Source: Phoronis australis (lineage: Eukaryota; Animalia; Phoronida). Taken from it: DNA of 64,000 nt. How positions within the stretch are numbered: the stretch's first letter is position 1; every line of letters begins with the position of its first letter. This document shows, one piece after another, positions 62,323 through 64,000 of this stretch. The stretch lies in assembly GCA_002633005.1 (NCBI GenBank), contig NMRA01000601.1, positions 46,388 through 110,387 on the forward strand, read 5' to 3'. A program made the position numbers and the translations under genes. The notes beneath the pieces are model-generated. The model was not told the origin of the DNA. It made no database searches and saw only the letters and a program-made list of their open reading frames with translations.

Positions 62323-64000
62323 AATACGTTCCATCGCGTTCTGTACTAATTTCGTCCCGTGTATTTCAAACGGGCGGTAGGCGAAATCCGCTCACTGATT
62401 AAGTTTTCACCTCGTCAGAAAACATTCTGCACCTGAAATTATCACCTAAAAAGGCGCTTGCTTACTTCAGTGATCCTTTCTGCTTCTGAACATATCTTCG
62501 ATGAAGCATAGCTACGGGAATTCAGGTGACTATGGCGAAGAATTCCAACTCCACTTTTTGGTTAATCACAAAGTATTTCAACTGAGTCAGGTGAGTGCGA
62601 GGCAAAGGATAGCGCGAGACTGAGCGAAGCGCGTGACCTTGCGTGTGGCAATTGCACAATATCATGGGAAAATATCAAGTGAAATTTGTAAGATTTTTGT
62701 TCCTTGGACTTTTTGTTCGTCAACAGGCGTGATTTGACGTAACTTCCTCAAAATCGGGTTAAGCAGTGCACATTTATTGCAATTTTGGTAGCGATATTTG
62801 GGTCATTTACTTGGATCTGGTTGGCCTTCTTGGACAACAGCGGGATAAGTTACGAATTTAAAACCGTGTACAAATTATTTTCACCAATAATTTACTATGA
62901 AATTTAGTGAAAAAGAACTATACTTACTATTCTGAGCGATTAAATAGTTTTCATTGGATTTCAGCCTAGCAGATGTTACTTATTGGGTGATAAAAATGCT
63001 CACAATTCCCGTTGGAATTACTCTTATTTCCGGCGGCACCGACAACATGGCGACTACTGCAGCTGAACTGAAGGGCATCTTCAATCGGCTATTTTGTACT
63101 TGGTGAAGTTATAACTTTGATACATTTTGATGAAAGCTGCTACAAAAAAGCAACTTTGCACAATGTTCATGTTTTTGTGCACAAAATATATATAAGGAAT
63201 ATTCTAAATATTGCAGTATGAATATCCCATTCAGTTGACCATACACTCATCTTAAAAATAGTTGAAAAAGTTTTGAAACCGTTTTTTCTTTGAAAGTCAA
63301 TTACGTTTCAAGATTTGATTATGTGTCACAACATAATTCATATTTTTCTAAATTTTACGTATGAATCGTTCTTTTAATACATGCATTGTAACTTTTTGCT
63401 TTCTTAATTCAAGTTATCAAAGCCCAAAATGTAAAGGCTCTCAATTGGAGTAATAGGCCATGTTAGATTGTGAAGCTTCCAGCCTCCAATCCTTTTTCCA
63501 TGCAACTTCTTATTTTTTCAAATCCTGCTTGTCAAATTCAAATGTAAGGAAATACCTGGTCGCCATGGAAATGGTTAGGCATATCCACTTTCATATCATG
63601 TAAAATTGTCTTGTTGTTGGATAACGTAATTGTATTGCTTAAATGTTCTAAAGTACTGTGTCAGTGCATTCTAAGTTACTTATTTTGGTAAAAGATTAGA
63701 TCATTTTGATTTACATATCAGCTTTACTGTACTGAGATTATTTCAGTTTTGACTTATGTACAGTAGATGTAACCTTCAACTACCTTGAAAGTCTTCATTG
63801 TAGAAACCAAATATATAAAGCCGATTGAAAGCACTTGATTTTAATTTGAACTGTTGATTAAATCATAATCGTCTTCTGATTTGTTCTTTGATTTCTATGA
63901 CACAGTGACCAAAGCATGATGGAATTGGCTTGCCATAATGAAAGCCTGAAATAATAGGTTCACTGGCATCTTCAGGTAATATTTCTTGATGCTTTGGATT

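Overview
This is AT-rich, intron-containing genomic DNA from an invertebrate animal (probably a lophotrochozoan; the species cannot be fixed from the sequence), so most entries in the ORF track are noise or single exons. The left 40 kb holds four spliced genes: (1) the last three coding exons of a CNK/CNKSR (IPCEF1-like) scaffold gene on +, with a GC-AG intron; (2) a complete 4-exon DGCR6/gonadal-like gene on -; (3) an unrecognised 7-exon, ~655-aa gene on +, head-to-head with DGCR6; (4) a myophilin/MP20 (calponin-transgelin family) locus on -. The myophilin locus is the most unusual feature. One recognisable first coding exon is followed by duplicated, interleaved exons in the order E1-A1-A2-B1-C1-B2-C2. 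The exon phases forbid A1+A2 and B1+B2 in one transcript, and the second terminal exon lacks the CLIK actin-binding repeat. The right 24 kb has no recognisable host gene. It contains two inverted, internally deleted Kolobok-like DNA transposons bracketing 3 kb, decayed RTE-X-like and Tx1/L1-like LINEs, THAP remnants, MITEs with 5-bp TSDs, a palindromic 21-bp minisatellite (a second lies in a DGCR6 intron) and microsatellites. A 1.49-kb tandem duplication joined at a single N is probably an assembly artefact. All family assignments come from motifs recalled from memory; no searches were run.
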